A DNA stretch of 64,000 nucleotides from Eubacteriales bacterium (GCA_045595165.1 JAZNZY010000017.1:6689-70688); one strand, 5' to 3'. Positions 1 through 8,669 are shown, counted from the first letter of the stretch. The notes: a model not told the origin generated them from the letters alone. Numbers and translations are program-made.

Positions 1-1
1 T

Positions 2-190
2 TTGATGCACGGCGCCGTGGAAGCTTCCACTCCTGAAGTGCACTCTGCATTTTCCCGCGCATTTAATGATACACTTAAAATGCAAAACGAAGTATATTCC
101 GCAATGGCAAGCAAGGGATGGTATCCTCCCACAAAGGCTGAACAGCAGCAGATAGATACCTTAAAGCAAAAGTACAGCTCCGGATGTTGA
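2..190 (+). CDS. Coat F (CotF-like) spore coat family protein, C-terminal fragment; 5' end lies outside the window
   Basis: The frame is open to the window edge. The tail AVEASTPEVHSAF..LKMQNEVYSAMASKGWYPPTKA resembles the Coat_F helical domain. A terminator follows. Confidence 0.5.
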   Translation: MMHGAVEASTPEVHSAFSRAFNDTLKMQNEVYSAMASKGWYPPTKAEQQQIDTLKQKYSSGC

Positions 191-205
191 TCAACCCAAA
201 AAGAT

Positions 206-232
206 GAAGCCGTTTTTCCGGCTTCTTTTTTT
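206..232 (+). terminator. Rho-independent terminator
   Basis: Stem GAAGCCG(206-212)/CGGCTTC(219-225), 6-nt loop, then a T7 run. Confidence 0.8.
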
Positions 233-252
233 ATAAAACTTCGAATAAGTAC

Positions 253-281
253 TTGAATTTTATCGAAAAATGTTTATTATA
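253..281 (+). promoter_or_regulatory. Candidate sigma-A promoter for the riboswitch-folT-folC transcript
   Basis: TTGAAT(253-258), 16-17 nt spacer, TATTAT/ATTATA around 275-281, about 25 nt upstream of the riboswitch P1. Confidence 0.35.
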
Positions 282-303
282 TAGTTGTAAATAATATATG
301 CGA

Positions 304-410
304 AAAGCTTGAGTAGAATACAGTGCGTTAAGTATCGGCAGGATGGGAGTGAGGCCGCCGGGCGAAGGAGTTATCTCCGCGGTACTGTATTCGCATCCGC
401 ATTAGGCTTT
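304..410 (+). promoter_or_regulatory. THF (tetrahydrofolate, folT-motif) riboswitch aptamer
   Basis: Ordered conserved blocks GAGUAG..GCGUUAAGU..GGAUGGGA..CGAAG..GCGGU..GCAUCCGC. P1 is AAGCUU(305-310)/AGGCUU(404-409). It lies directly upstream of folT. Confidence 0.85.
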
Positions 411-415
411 TCGGT

Positions 416-453
416 TTTCCTCCCTCCTCTCATTTTGAAAAGGAGGCTTTTTT
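416..453 (+). terminator. Riboswitch expression platform: anti-SD/terminator hairpin
   Basis: CCTCCT(423-428) pairs with AGGAGG(441-446), the folT SD, followed by CTTTTTT immediately before ATG 454. A second CCUCC copy sits at 419-423. Confidence 0.5.
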
Positions 454-1023
454 ATGCCAAAATCCAAAAAAAACACGCTGTTTTCCTTGCGCACCATGGT
501 TTGTTGTGCAATGATGGTAGCCATTGCCGTTGTATTGGCACGGCTTATGTCTGTTATTCCCGATGAATCCAGTCGATTCTCCCTTGAATCGGTTCCGATA
601 TTCATTTCGGGAATGTTATTCGGCCCTCTTGCGGGAGGTTTGGTCGGCTTTACCTCAGACCTTATCGGCTGTCTGTTTTCACCCTTCGGATACAATCCGC
701 TGTTTTGTCTGCCTCCCGTGATATGCGGTGTTTGCGCGGGCTTGTTCAGGAAATACCTGTTCAAAAAAACCAACGTTTTCCGTATCGCCGTTGCTTTTTT
801 GCCATATATTCTCATCGCCTGCATTCTGTGGCAAAGTCTTGCTCTTGCCCTTGTATACGGCGGTGATGCAAAGTTAGAATTCTTTTTAATAAAATTGGGA
901 ACACGTACAGTTCAGTACGGTATAACTTACATTATTGACGTTTTTCTTGTATGGTTATTATATAAATCAAAGGTTTTCGCCGCGGCAAAGCTTTGGCCTC
1001 CCGCAGACCTCGTTTCAAAATAA
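454..1023 (+). CDS. folT: Folate-family ECF transporter S component (FolT)
   Basis: 189-aa polytopic membrane protein with a FolT-like N-terminus. GGAGG lies 7 nt upstream. It sits downstream of the THF riboswitch and upstream of folC. Confidence 0.8.
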   Translation: MPKSKKNTLFSLRTMVCCAMMVAIAVVLARLMSVIPDESSRFSLESVPIFISGMLFGPLAGGLVGFTSDLIGCLFSPFGYNPLFCLPPVICGVCAGLFRKYLFKKTNVFRIAVAFLPYILIACILWQSLALALVYGGDAKLEFFLIKLGTRTVQYGITYIIDVFLVWLLYKSKVFAAAKLWPPADLVSK

Positions 1024-1035
1024 AGGAAATAAGTA

Positions 1036-2307
1036 ATGAATTACAACGAAGCTCTTGAATATATCCATTCCGTAAGCTGGAAGGGAAGCATGCCCGGACT
1101 TTCACGTATCACGGAATTGCTTTCCCGCATAGAAAATCCCGAAAAAAAGCTTAAATACGTTCATATTGTCGGAACAAACGGCAAAGGCTCAACTGCCGCT
1201 TTAATAACTTCGGTGCTCAAGACCGCAGGATACAAGGCGGGAATGTATACATCTCCCTTTATAATCTCTTTTAACGAGCGTATACAGATAAACGGTGAAA
1301 TGATCTCCGATACTGACCTTGCCGAAATTACCGAATATATAAAGCCATTTGCAGATTCGATGGAGGACCGCCCCACCGAATTTGAACTGGTTACCGCGGT
1401 TGCATTTGAGTATTTTTACAGAAGCAAGTGCGATATCGTCGTTTTGGAGGCGGGAATGGGAGGCGAGTTTGATGCAACAAACGCTATCCCCGCACCCGAG
1501 GTTGCTGTATTTACAAATATCGGTCTTGACCATACCGATTATCTTGGAGATACGGTGGAAAAGATCGCCGCAACCAAGGCTGGTATTTTGAAAGAAGGAT
1601 GCGATTGCGTGATCTACCCTTCATCACCTGAGGCTGTTGAAGTTATCGGTAAAAAATGCAAAGACCTGAACGTACCTTTCACTGTTGTAGATTTCGATTC
1701 TATCGTTCCCGTATCTGCATCCATAGAAGGACAGACCTTTAATTGGGGTAAATATAAAGCCCTTGAAATGACTCTTTTGGGCGGACATCAACGTTTTAAC
1801 GCCGCCACGGCGCTTACGGCAATAGAAAAGCTTTCCGAAAGGGGATTTTCTGTTTCCGAAGAAAACATCCGTAAAGGCGTTTTAAACGCCGTGTGGCAGG
1901 GCAGATTTGAAGTCTTGCGCCATAACCCGCTTTTCATTGTTGACGGAGGCCATAATCCCCAATGTATGGAAGCCTTGGCAGACAATATCCGTTCCTATTT
2001 TCCGGATACAGCCTTGACAGTTCTTACGGGAGTTCTGGGTGATAAGGATTACACTGCTATGTATGATCTTATTGCTCCCTACGTTAAGGAGTTTTATCTT
2101 GTTACACCGCCATCTCCCCGTGCGCTATCCGCAAGTGTTCTTGCGCAAAAGCTTTCCGTGTACGGCAAGCCTGCGACTGTATGTAATACAGTAGATGAAG
2201 GAGTTATAAAAGCTGTCGGCGCCGCAGGCGGGGACGGAGTCGTTCTTGCTTTCGGTTCCTTATATATGGTTGGCGATATAAAAAACGCCGTAAATAACTT
2301 AAAATAA
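1036..2307 (+). CDS. folC: Bifunctional folylpolyglutamate synthase / dihydrofolate synthase
   Basis: P-loop VGTNGKGST, Mur-ligase-like EAGMGGEFDATN and the DGGHNP motif; 423 aa. Confidence 0.9.
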   Translation: MNYNEALEYIHSVSWKGSMPGLSRITELLSRIENPEKKLKYVHIVGTNGKGSTAALITSVLKTAGYKAGMYTSPFIISFNERIQINGEMISDTDLAEITEYIKPFADSMEDRPTEFELVTAVAFEYFYRSKCDIVVLEAGMGGEFDATNAIPAPEVAVFTNIGLDHTDYLGDTVEKIAATKAGILKEGCDCVIYPSSPEAVEVIGKKCKDLNVPFTVVDFDSIVPVSASIEGQTFNWGKYKALEMTLLGGHQRFNAATALTAIEKLSERGFSVSEENIRKGVLNAVWQGRFEVLRHNPLFIVDGGHNPQCMEALADNIRSYFPDTALTVLTGVLGDKDYTAMYDLIAPYVKEFYLVTPPSPRALSASVLAQKLSVYGKPATVCNTVDEGVIKAVGAAGGDGVVLAFGSLYMVGDIKNAVNNLK

Positions 2308-2313
2308 TTAATT

Positions 2314-2345
2314 CGGGCATAATTTTTGCCCGTTTTTGTTTTTTA
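2314..2345 (+). terminator. Rho-independent terminator after folC
   Basis: CGGGCA(2314-2319)/TGCCCG(2327-2332), then TTTTTGTTTTTT. Confidence 0.75.
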
Positions 2346-2372
2346 CCGAACCTTTTCTGTTTTTTTGACGAC
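2345..2372 (+). promoter_or_regulatory. Candidate ECF-type promoter (AAC-N17-CGAC) with the shared ACCGAACCTTTT box
   Basis: ACCGAACCTTTT at 2345-2356 is identical to 9549-9560. CGAC lies at 2369-2372. The site is about 50 nt upstream of the sigma gene ATG. Confidence 0.45.
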
Positions 2373-2421
2373 TATATTTACGAAAACCGGTTTTCATATT
2401 TTATTTGAAAGGAGGGGTGAT

Positions 2422-3708
2422 ATGGATAACATATTTGAAAGTCTGTATGCCGAAAACAAAAATGCTATAGAACGTTATGTGCATTTTATGGTATCAAATA
2501 AATTTGATGCTGATGATATTCTGCAGGAAATTCACATAGCCGCATATCGCAGTTTTCCTTCATTAAAAAATAACGATGCATTCAAAGGCTGGCTTGTAAG
2601 TATAGCACGCAATAAGTTGAACGATTACCTTCGTGAAAAGGCGCGCCGTATGGATATACCGGTCGAAAATATAACCGATTTATCGGTGGGTGCATCTTTA
2701 TCGGGCAGAACGGTAATGCCCGCTGTATCCGATACGCTTGAAAAACTGGGCGAAAAGGATAAACAGATATTGTATCTTTATTTTTGGAAGGATTATCCGC
2801 AGTCAGAGATCGCCAAAAAGCTCGGCATTCCGCTGGGAACGGTAAAAAGCCGTTTATCAGCCGCAAAAGCACATTTTAAAGAAAAATATCCTTATCATCC
2901 GAAACAGAAAGGAAAAACAGATATGAAAACTTTACCTAAGATTTTACCCGAATTTAAAATAGTTAAAACCGAAAAGCCGCCTTTTCCCGTAAAATGGGAA
3001 GAGATTATGGGTTGGTTTTTGATTCCGAGAGAGGGAGAAGTGCTTTCTTGGGCAATGTACGATATGCCCCATAAATCCATTGGCGAAATATGCGAAATGA
3101 AAGTTATCGGCAAGGCCGAGGTTCACGGAATCGAGGGAGTTGAGATTCAAGCGGTAGAAACAAATCCTATGGGATGCAACAGCGCAGGAGGACAGACCAA
3201 AGTTGAGCGTTGCTTTGTGGCACAGCTTACCGATACGCATTGCCGACTTCTTGCCGAAAGCCACTTAGAAGACGGCGTAAAAAGATATTACACTTTTCTT
3301 GATGGTGACGCCTTTTTGTCTAACTGGGGATTCGGTGAGGACAATTGCGGAAACGAAACAAACATCGTTCATAAAGGCGATATCGTTTTGAATGACGGTG
3401 AATACATCACCAAAGACAAAGAATTTCTCTTGGATGTTGTCGGACGCTATGACGTAACTGTTAACGGAAGGACCTACGATACGATTTGCGTAATGGATTG
3501 CTATACGTATATTGACGGTGCCGCATCTCTTCAGTATATTGATAAAAACGGAAAAACCGTTCTTTGGCGCAGATTTAACAGAAACGATTGGGCGTTTAGT
3601 CGCTACAATAAGCTCTGGACAGAGATGCTTCCCGAAAGCGATAGAATCATAGTCAACGATCAGACCTACGTAAATTGGTACGATTGTATAACAAGCTATA
3701 TTTTATAA
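2422..3708 (+). CDS. ECF-like sigma-70 family RNA polymerase sigma factor with a ~250-aa fused C-terminal domain of unknown function
   Basis: Region 2 (DDILQEIHIAAYRSF, WLVSIARNKLNDYLR) and region 4 (EIAKKLGIPLGTVKSRL). Start chosen at ATG 2422 after GGAGGGG. The ORF-track N-extension from 2326 overlaps the terminator and T-run. Confidence 0.85.
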   Translation: MDNIFESLYAENKNAIERYVHFMVSNKFDADDILQEIHIAAYRSFPSLKNNDAFKGWLVSIARNKLNDYLREKARRMDIPVENITDLSVGASLSGRTVMPAVSDTLEKLGEKDKQILYLYFWKDYPQSEIAKKLGIPLGTVKSRLSAAKAHFKEKYPYHPKQKGKTDMKTLPKILPEFKIVKTEKPPFPVKWEEIMGWFLIPREGEVLSWAMYDMPHKSIGEICEMKVIGKAEVHGIEGVEIQAVETNPMGCNSAGGQTKVERCFVAQLTDTHCRLLAESHLEDGVKRYYTFLDGDAFLSNWGFGEDNCGNETNIVHKGDIVLNDGEYITKDKEFLLDVVGRYDVTVNGRTYDTICVMDCYTYIDGAASLQYIDKNGKTVLWRRFNRNDWAFSRYNKLWTEMLPESDRIIVNDQTYVNWYDCITSYIL

Positions 3709-3716
3709 TTGTTTTT

Positions 3717-3748
3717 GACACCGGCTTTTTAAGTCGGTGTCTTTTTTC
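3717..3748 (+). terminator. Rho-independent terminator
   Basis: GACACCGGCT/AGTCGGTGTC stem, then a T6 run. Confidence 0.8.
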
Positions 3749-3825
3749 TTTTTTGTATTATGATTTTTATAAAAATGGGAATAACTTAAATATAAGCGTG
3801 AAATCTTATACAAAAGAGGTAAAAA

Positions 3826-5097
3826 ATGAAAAATTATTTAAAAACCGTTGTACTGCTTTTAGTGTGTATTATGACGGTAAGTATGTTAAGCGGTTGTTTC
3901 GGAAGAGGTAACGAAGAATCTGAAGTTTCAAAATCCGGCTCAAAGCAAGAGATCCGAGTATGGGTACCGGAGGAAGTTGTAAAACTGACTCGCAGTGCAG
4001 TCGATGAATGGTACAAGACCGCAGGCAAGCACTATGCGGGAAAGTATACAGTTACGGTAACCGCAATGAGCGAGGATAACGCCGCTACCCAAATGCTGAC
4101 CGACGTAGACGCCGGTGCGGATATTTTCGGCTTTGCACAGGATCAGCTTGCCCGACTTGTAGCAGCAGGTGCGCTTTCTCCCCTTGGCGGTGATTTTCTT
4201 ACGTCGGCAAGCAAAGAAAATGACGAAGGCTCCGTAAAAGCCGCATCTCTTCAGGATAAGTTGTATGCATATCCACAAACTTCGGATAACGGATACTTTA
4301 TGTATTACGATAAATCTGTCATAAAGGATCCGAGTAAGCTGGAAAATATCCTTGCAGATTGCAAAACCGCTGGCAAGAAATTTTATATGAATATGCAAAG
4401 CGGATGGTATAATATCACCTTTTTCTTCGGTGCGGAGGCGTATGTAACCTATGACGTGGATAAAAGCGGAAATATCACCCAATGTAACAGCTCACTTGCT
4501 ACCGAGAACGGCGTTACGGCACTAAAGGGAATGGTCGCTTTAACTTCCCATCCGGCATATGCACAAAGCGAAAACGCCGCTTCAAAGTTTAATCCCAAAG
4601 GTGGCGATGCGGCGGCGCTGATCTCCGGTGTGTGGGATTCTGCGGTTGTTTCAGAATTTTTGGGTGAAAATTACGGAGCAGTCAAGCTGCCCACTTATAC
4701 TGTAGGTAACAAAGAATATCAGATGGGCAGTTTTGGCGGATATAAGATGATCGGTGTTAAGCCGCAAAATGATTCCGAAAAGCTTGTGTTCTGCCACACG
4801 CTCGCTGCTTTCCTTGCCGGAGAAGAAATGCAGACAATCAGATTTAAAGAAAAAGGCTGGGGGCCCTCCAACAAAAATGCGCAGGCTTTACAGGCTGTTA
4901 AAGAAAACATCGCTCTTTCCGCATTGAGCTCTCAGCTTGAGCATTCCGTTCCTCAAGGACAGTATCCCAACGGTTTCTGGAGCATTATGGAAGCGTTCGG
5001 AACGGATCTCAACAGCGGAAAACTTGCCGGCAAAACAGATGAACAATTATTACAAGCACTGAAGTCGTTGGAAAACGATCTTAAAAGCGCGAAGTAA
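3826..5097 (+). CDS. Sugar ABC transporter substrate-binding lipoprotein (family 1, MalE/CycB-like)
   Basis: Signal peptide plus lipobox LSGC, SBP family 1 length and pattern, first gene of an ABC operon, good RBS. Confidence 0.85.
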   Translation: MKNYLKTVVLLLVCIMTVSMLSGCFGRGNEESEVSKSGSKQEIRVWVPEEVVKLTRSAVDEWYKTAGKHYAGKYTVTVTAMSEDNAATQMLTDVDAGADIFGFAQDQLARLVAAGALSPLGGDFLTSASKENDEGSVKAASLQDKLYAYPQTSDNGYFMYYDKSVIKDPSKLENILADCKTAGKKFYMNMQSGWYNITFFFGAEAYVTYDVDKSGNITQCNSSLATENGVTALKGMVALTSHPAYAQSENAASKFNPKGGDAAALISGVWDSAVVSEFLGENYGAVKLPTYTVGNKEYQMGSFGGYKMIGVKPQNDSEKLVFCHTLAAFLAGEEMQTIRFKEKGWGPSNKNAQALQAVKENIALSALSSQLEHSVPQGQYPNGFWSIMEAFGTDLNSGKLAGKTDEQLLQALKSLENDLKSAK

Positions 5098-5107
5098 CTT
5101 ATATTTG

Positions 5108-5133
5108 CGGACAGCCGTGTGTGCGGCTGTCCG
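5108..5133 (+). other. Intercistronic stem-loop without a U-tract (probable mRNA-stabilising or partial-termination hairpin)
   Basis: Perfect 10-bp stem CGGACAGCCG/CGGCTGTCCG with loop TGTGTG, between the SBP stop and the permease RBS. Confidence 0.6.
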
Positions 5134-5153
5134 TATCGGAAGGAATACATTAT

Positions 5154-6665
5154 ATGCCAAGCCGTGATTCCATTGAATTTTATAAGCTTAACGGTTTACA
5201 AAAAACCGCTTACAAATTGTGGTGGTTTTTGCTTTCAATACCGAAAGCAATACTGAATTTGTTTAAAAAATCCTGCCGTATTATAAGAAACGCCTTTTCA
5301 AAAACGGTGTCTTTAATAAAAGAAACTATACGGATTTTTAAAAAAGGTGATATTTATACCCGAATATCCTATTTCATTATGGGTTTCGGACATTTTTTTC
5401 GCGGACAGCCGTTGCGCGGTGTCCTGTTTTTGCTATTTGAAATCGTATTTGTATTATATATGGTGTTTTTCGGCATAAATTTCATCGGTAAGCTGGATAA
5501 CCTTGGCGATGTTGCCGCAGTAACTGTTATAAACGAATACGGTCTTGAGGTAATCGAATACAGAGATAACAGTCTTAAAATATTGCTGTACGGCGTACTG
5601 ACTTTATTTTTTTGCTTGGGTTTTATCTATACTTGGTATATAAATATAAAGCAAAACGGTATTGCTCAATCTCTTATAAAAAAGGGGATACGTTCCAAGA
5701 ATGCATCCGATGATATCCGCTCTCTTGCAGATACGCAATATTACAAAACCTTGCTTGCTCTGCCGCTAACCGGAATTCTTGTTTTTACGGTCATTCCCTT
5801 GTTTTTTATGGTTTTGGTGGCGTTTACCAATTATGATTACACCCATCTTCCTCCAGGCAAGCTTTTCACCTGGGTGGGACTTGATAACTTTAAAAGTCTT
5901 TTGGGTGTGCAGGTTGCCGACGGAAAATTTGCCTTTACCTTTGGTGAAATATTGATCTGGACACTTGTCTGGGCTTTTTTTGCTACCTTTACCAATTACT
6001 TTTTGGGCATACTCACTGCAATGCTTATTAACAAAAAAGGACTAAAATTTAAAAAGCTGTTTCGTACCTTGCTTGTTTTCACCATTGCGGTACCTCAATT
6101 CGTATCACTGCTGTTAATTTCCAAAATGCTTGCGGATGACGGTGCGATCAACGGCTTGCTTTTGCAATTGGGTGTAATACGGGAAAATATAAAATGGCTT
6201 ACAGATCCTGTTCTCGCAAGAATCAGCGTAATAATCGTCAACGTGTGGCTGGGCATTCCGTATACAATGCTTATAGCCACTGGAATTATCATAAATATTC
6301 CCGCTGATCTTTATGAATCAGCCCGGATAGACGGCGCAAGCGGAATAAAACGTTTTACGAAGATAACAATGCCGTATATGCTTTTCGTAACCGGTCCGTA
6401 CCTTCTCACCACATTTGTAGGTAATATAAATAATTTTAACGTTATTTATCTTCTCACGGGAGGCGCGCCCAAAACCACCGATTTCACGGGAGGCGCAGGA
6501 TATACCGATCTGCTTATAACCTGGCTGTATAAATTGACCCTTACGGATAACGATTACAAAATGGCTGCTGTAATAGGCATAATGACTTTTGTTGTCGTTG
6601 CGGGTATCTCTCTTGTGGTGTATAATCTTTCGCCGTCTGTTAAAAATGAGGAAAACTTCCAATGA
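5154..6665 (+). CDS. Sugar ABC transporter permease (MalF/GanP-like, long N-terminal membrane extension)
   Basis: Polytopic protein with an EAA-like loop ESARIDGASGIKRFTKITMP. ATG 5154 follows GGAAGGA. The stop overlaps the next gene (ATGA). Confidence 0.85.
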   Translation: MPSRDSIEFYKLNGLQKTAYKLWWFLLSIPKAILNLFKKSCRIIRNAFSKTVSLIKETIRIFKKGDIYTRISYFIMGFGHFFRGQPLRGVLFLLFEIVFVLYMVFFGINFIGKLDNLGDVAAVTVINEYGLEVIEYRDNSLKILLYGVLTLFFCLGFIYTWYINIKQNGIAQSLIKKGIRSKNASDDIRSLADTQYYKTLLALPLTGILVFTVIPLFFMVLVAFTNYDYTHLPPGKLFTWVGLDNFKSLLGVQVADGKFAFTFGEILIWTLVWAFFATFTNYFLGILTAMLINKKGLKFKKLFRTLLVFTIAVPQFVSLLLISKMLADDGAINGLLLQLGVIRENIKWLTDPVLARISVIIVNVWLGIPYTMLIATGIIINIPADLYESARIDGASGIKRFTKITMPYMLFVTGPYLLTTFVGNINNFNVIYLLTGGAPKTTDFTGGAGYTDLLITWLYKLTLTDNDYKMAAVIGIMTFVVVAGISLVVYNLSPSVKNEENFQ

Positions 6666-7522
6666 AAAAAGCTGTTTCCAATACCGTCAAAAGACGCAAT
6701 ATCTCAAACGCATTCGCATATATCGCTCTTACGGTGATATGCGTGGTATGGCTATTACCTTTTGTATATCTTATTTTTCAGGCATTCAGAGGCGAATCCC
6801 GCGGGATGGTCAGCTATATACTTCCACAGGAATGGTCGTTTGAAAATTTTAAAATTCTGTTTACCCAGACCAATTTTCTGAACTGGTATCTGAATACCCT
6901 TATTATCGCACTTTTTACTTCGGCATTACAAACGGCAATCGTGCTTTCGGTGAGCTATGCGCTTTCAAGACTCCGTTTCAGAGGCAGACGTCTTCTTATG
7001 AACGTTATTCTGGTTCTCGGAATGTTTCCCGGTTTTTTGTCGATGATCGCCGTATACTTTATTTTAAAGCTTGTTGGCTTTACGGGACCGGGTTCTGTTC
7101 CGGGACTTATACTTGTATACGTAGGAAGCTCGGGAATGGGATATTATGTTGCAAAGGGATTTTTTGATACGATCCCACGCTCGCTTGACGAAGCCGCCCG
7201 AATAGACGGAGCCAGCAGGGCAAGGGTATTTTATAAAATAATTCTTCCCATGGCAAAGCCTATAATTATTTATACTGTAATGATGGCTTTTATCGCTCCT
7301 TGGGGAGATTATATGTTTGCATCCCTGATTACCTTTGGGTACGAGGAAGCATACAACGTTGCCGTGGGACTTTTTACTTTTCTTGACAGAGAGCATATAA
7401 ACAATTATTTTACCGTGTTTTGCGCAGGAGGGCTTTTGGTAGCACTGCCTATAACAGCCTTGTTTATGATGCTTCAAAAATATTACGTTGAGGGCATAAC
7501 CGGCGGTGCGGTAAAGGGATGA
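6662..7522 (+). CDS. Sugar ABC transporter permease (MalG/GanQ-like)
   Basis: EAA loop DEAARIDGASRARVFYKIILP; six predicted TM segments; translationally coupled to the upstream permease. Confidence 0.9.
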   Translation: MKKAVSNTVKRRNISNAFAYIALTVICVVWLLPFVYLIFQAFRGESRGMVSYILPQEWSFENFKILFTQTNFLNWYLNTLIIALFTSALQTAIVLSVSYALSRLRFRGRRLLMNVILVLGMFPGFLSMIAVYFILKLVGFTGPGSVPGLILVYVGSSGMGYYVAKGFFDTIPRSLDEAARIDGASRARVFYKIILPMAKPIIIYTVMMAFIAPWGDYMFASLITFGYEEAYNVAVGLFTFLDREHINNYFTVFCAGGLLVALPITALFMMLQKYYVEGITGGAVKG

Positions 7523-7544
7523 TCATTTTTAGGAGGCGTGTTTT

Positions 7545-8669
7545 TTGGCAAGCGTAGTTTTAAGCGGAGTAAAAAAGGTATATAAAGGCGGATTTACCGC
7601 TGTTAAAAAATTCGACCTTGAGATCAAGGACAAGGAATTCGTAGTTTTTGTCGGTCCTTCGGGGTGCGGAAAAAGCACCACTCTGCGTATGATCGCCGGG
7701 TTGGAGGATATTACCGACGGAAAGATTTATATTGATGGCAAGTGTGTCAACGGTGCAGAGCCTAAAGACCGTGATATAGCGATGGTGTTTCAGAATTACG
7801 CTTTGTATCCTCATATGTCCGTTTACGAAAATATGGCGTTCGGCTTAACACTTCGCCGTCTTCCTCGGGACGAGATACACCGCCGTGTGGTGGAAGCGGC
7901 GGAAATATTGGGAATATCCGATCTTTTGGGAAGAACTCCTCGTGCTTTGTCGGGCGGACAGCGCCAACGTGTTGCCATAGGACGAGCCATAGTCCGCGTT
8001 CCGCGTGTTTTTTTAATGGATGAGCCCCTTTCCAATCTTGATGCAAAGCTTCGTAATCAGATGCGTACGGAGATAATGCTGCTGCGTGAAAAAATTGACA
8101 CCACCTTTGTTTACGTTACCCACGACCAGACCGAGGCAATGACCTTGGGTGACCGTATAGTAATAATGCGGGACGGCTTTATTCAGCAGGTAGGAACACC
8201 CCAGCAGGTGTTCGATCATCCCGCAAATACCTTTGTGGCGGGATTTATCGGCTCACCTCCGATGAACTTTTTTAATGCGCAAATAACGGGAAGCAAAGAA
8301 AAACCGTATCTGTTTGTGTGCGGAAGCGAAATCCCCATCTCCAAAAGAATAATAGATACAGTTAATCTGCCCGAGGATAGAAAGGTACTTTTGGGAATTC
8401 GTCCGGAACACATTTATATTTCTTCGGGAGATGGGATAAGCGGAGATGTAACCGTATCGGAAATGATGGGAAGCGAGCTTCACGTTCACCTCGTTACTGA
8501 AGACGGTACAAAAGTGGTAGTCCGTGTTCCCACACTTGAGCTTTCCGAAAAAGATAAATCCCTTCTTTCGCCTCACAATACCGTTAATTTCGGTCTGCGC
8601 GAGCAAGCCCTTCACTTTTTTGACGTTAATACGGGTGTGAATTTAAAAAATATGAGCAGTTCCGAATAG
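7545..8669 (+). CDS. Sugar ABC transporter ATP-binding protein (MsmX/MalK/UgpC-like)
   Basis: Walker A GPSGCGKST, signature LSGGQRQR, Walker B VFLMDEPLS, C-terminal TOBE-like domain. TTG start lies 8 nt after AGGAGG. Confidence 0.9.
   Translation: MASVVLSGVKKVYKGGFTAVKKFDLEIKDKEFVVFVGPSGCGKSTTLRMIAGLEDITDGKIYIDGKCVNGAEPKDRDIAMVFQNYALYPHMSVYENMAFGLTLRRLPRDEIHRRVVEAAEILGISDLLGRTPRALSGGQRQRVAIGRAIVRVPRVFLMDEPLSNLDAKLRNQMRTEIMLLREKIDTTFVYVTHDQTEAMTLGDRIVIMRDGFIQQVGTPQQVFDHPANTFVAGFIGSPPMNFFNAQITGSKEKPYLFVCGSEIPISKRIIDTVNLPEDRKVLLGIRPEHIYISSGDGISGDVTVSEMMGSELHVHLVTEDGTKVVVRVPTLELSEKDKSLLSPHNTVNFGLREQALHFFDVNTGVNLKNMSSSE

Noticed and set aside
402-824. 140-aa minus-strand ORF and the 309-566 / 524-721 plus-strand ORFs around the riboswitch and folT
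   Set aside because: They overlap the THF riboswitch and the folT coding frame, lack RBSs, and the folT frame has a coherent membrane-protein sequence.
2326-2421. N-terminal 32-codon extension of the first sigma-factor ORF
   Set aside because: It overlaps the folC terminator T-run and the candidate promoter box. ATG 2422 has a strong GGAGGGG SD at the correct distance.
3790-3812. cre-like (CcpA) site ATAAGCGTGAAA upstream of the sugar-binding protein gene
   Set aside because: It matches only the central AAGCG core of the TGWAANCGNTNWCA consensus, and the palindromic flanks are absent.
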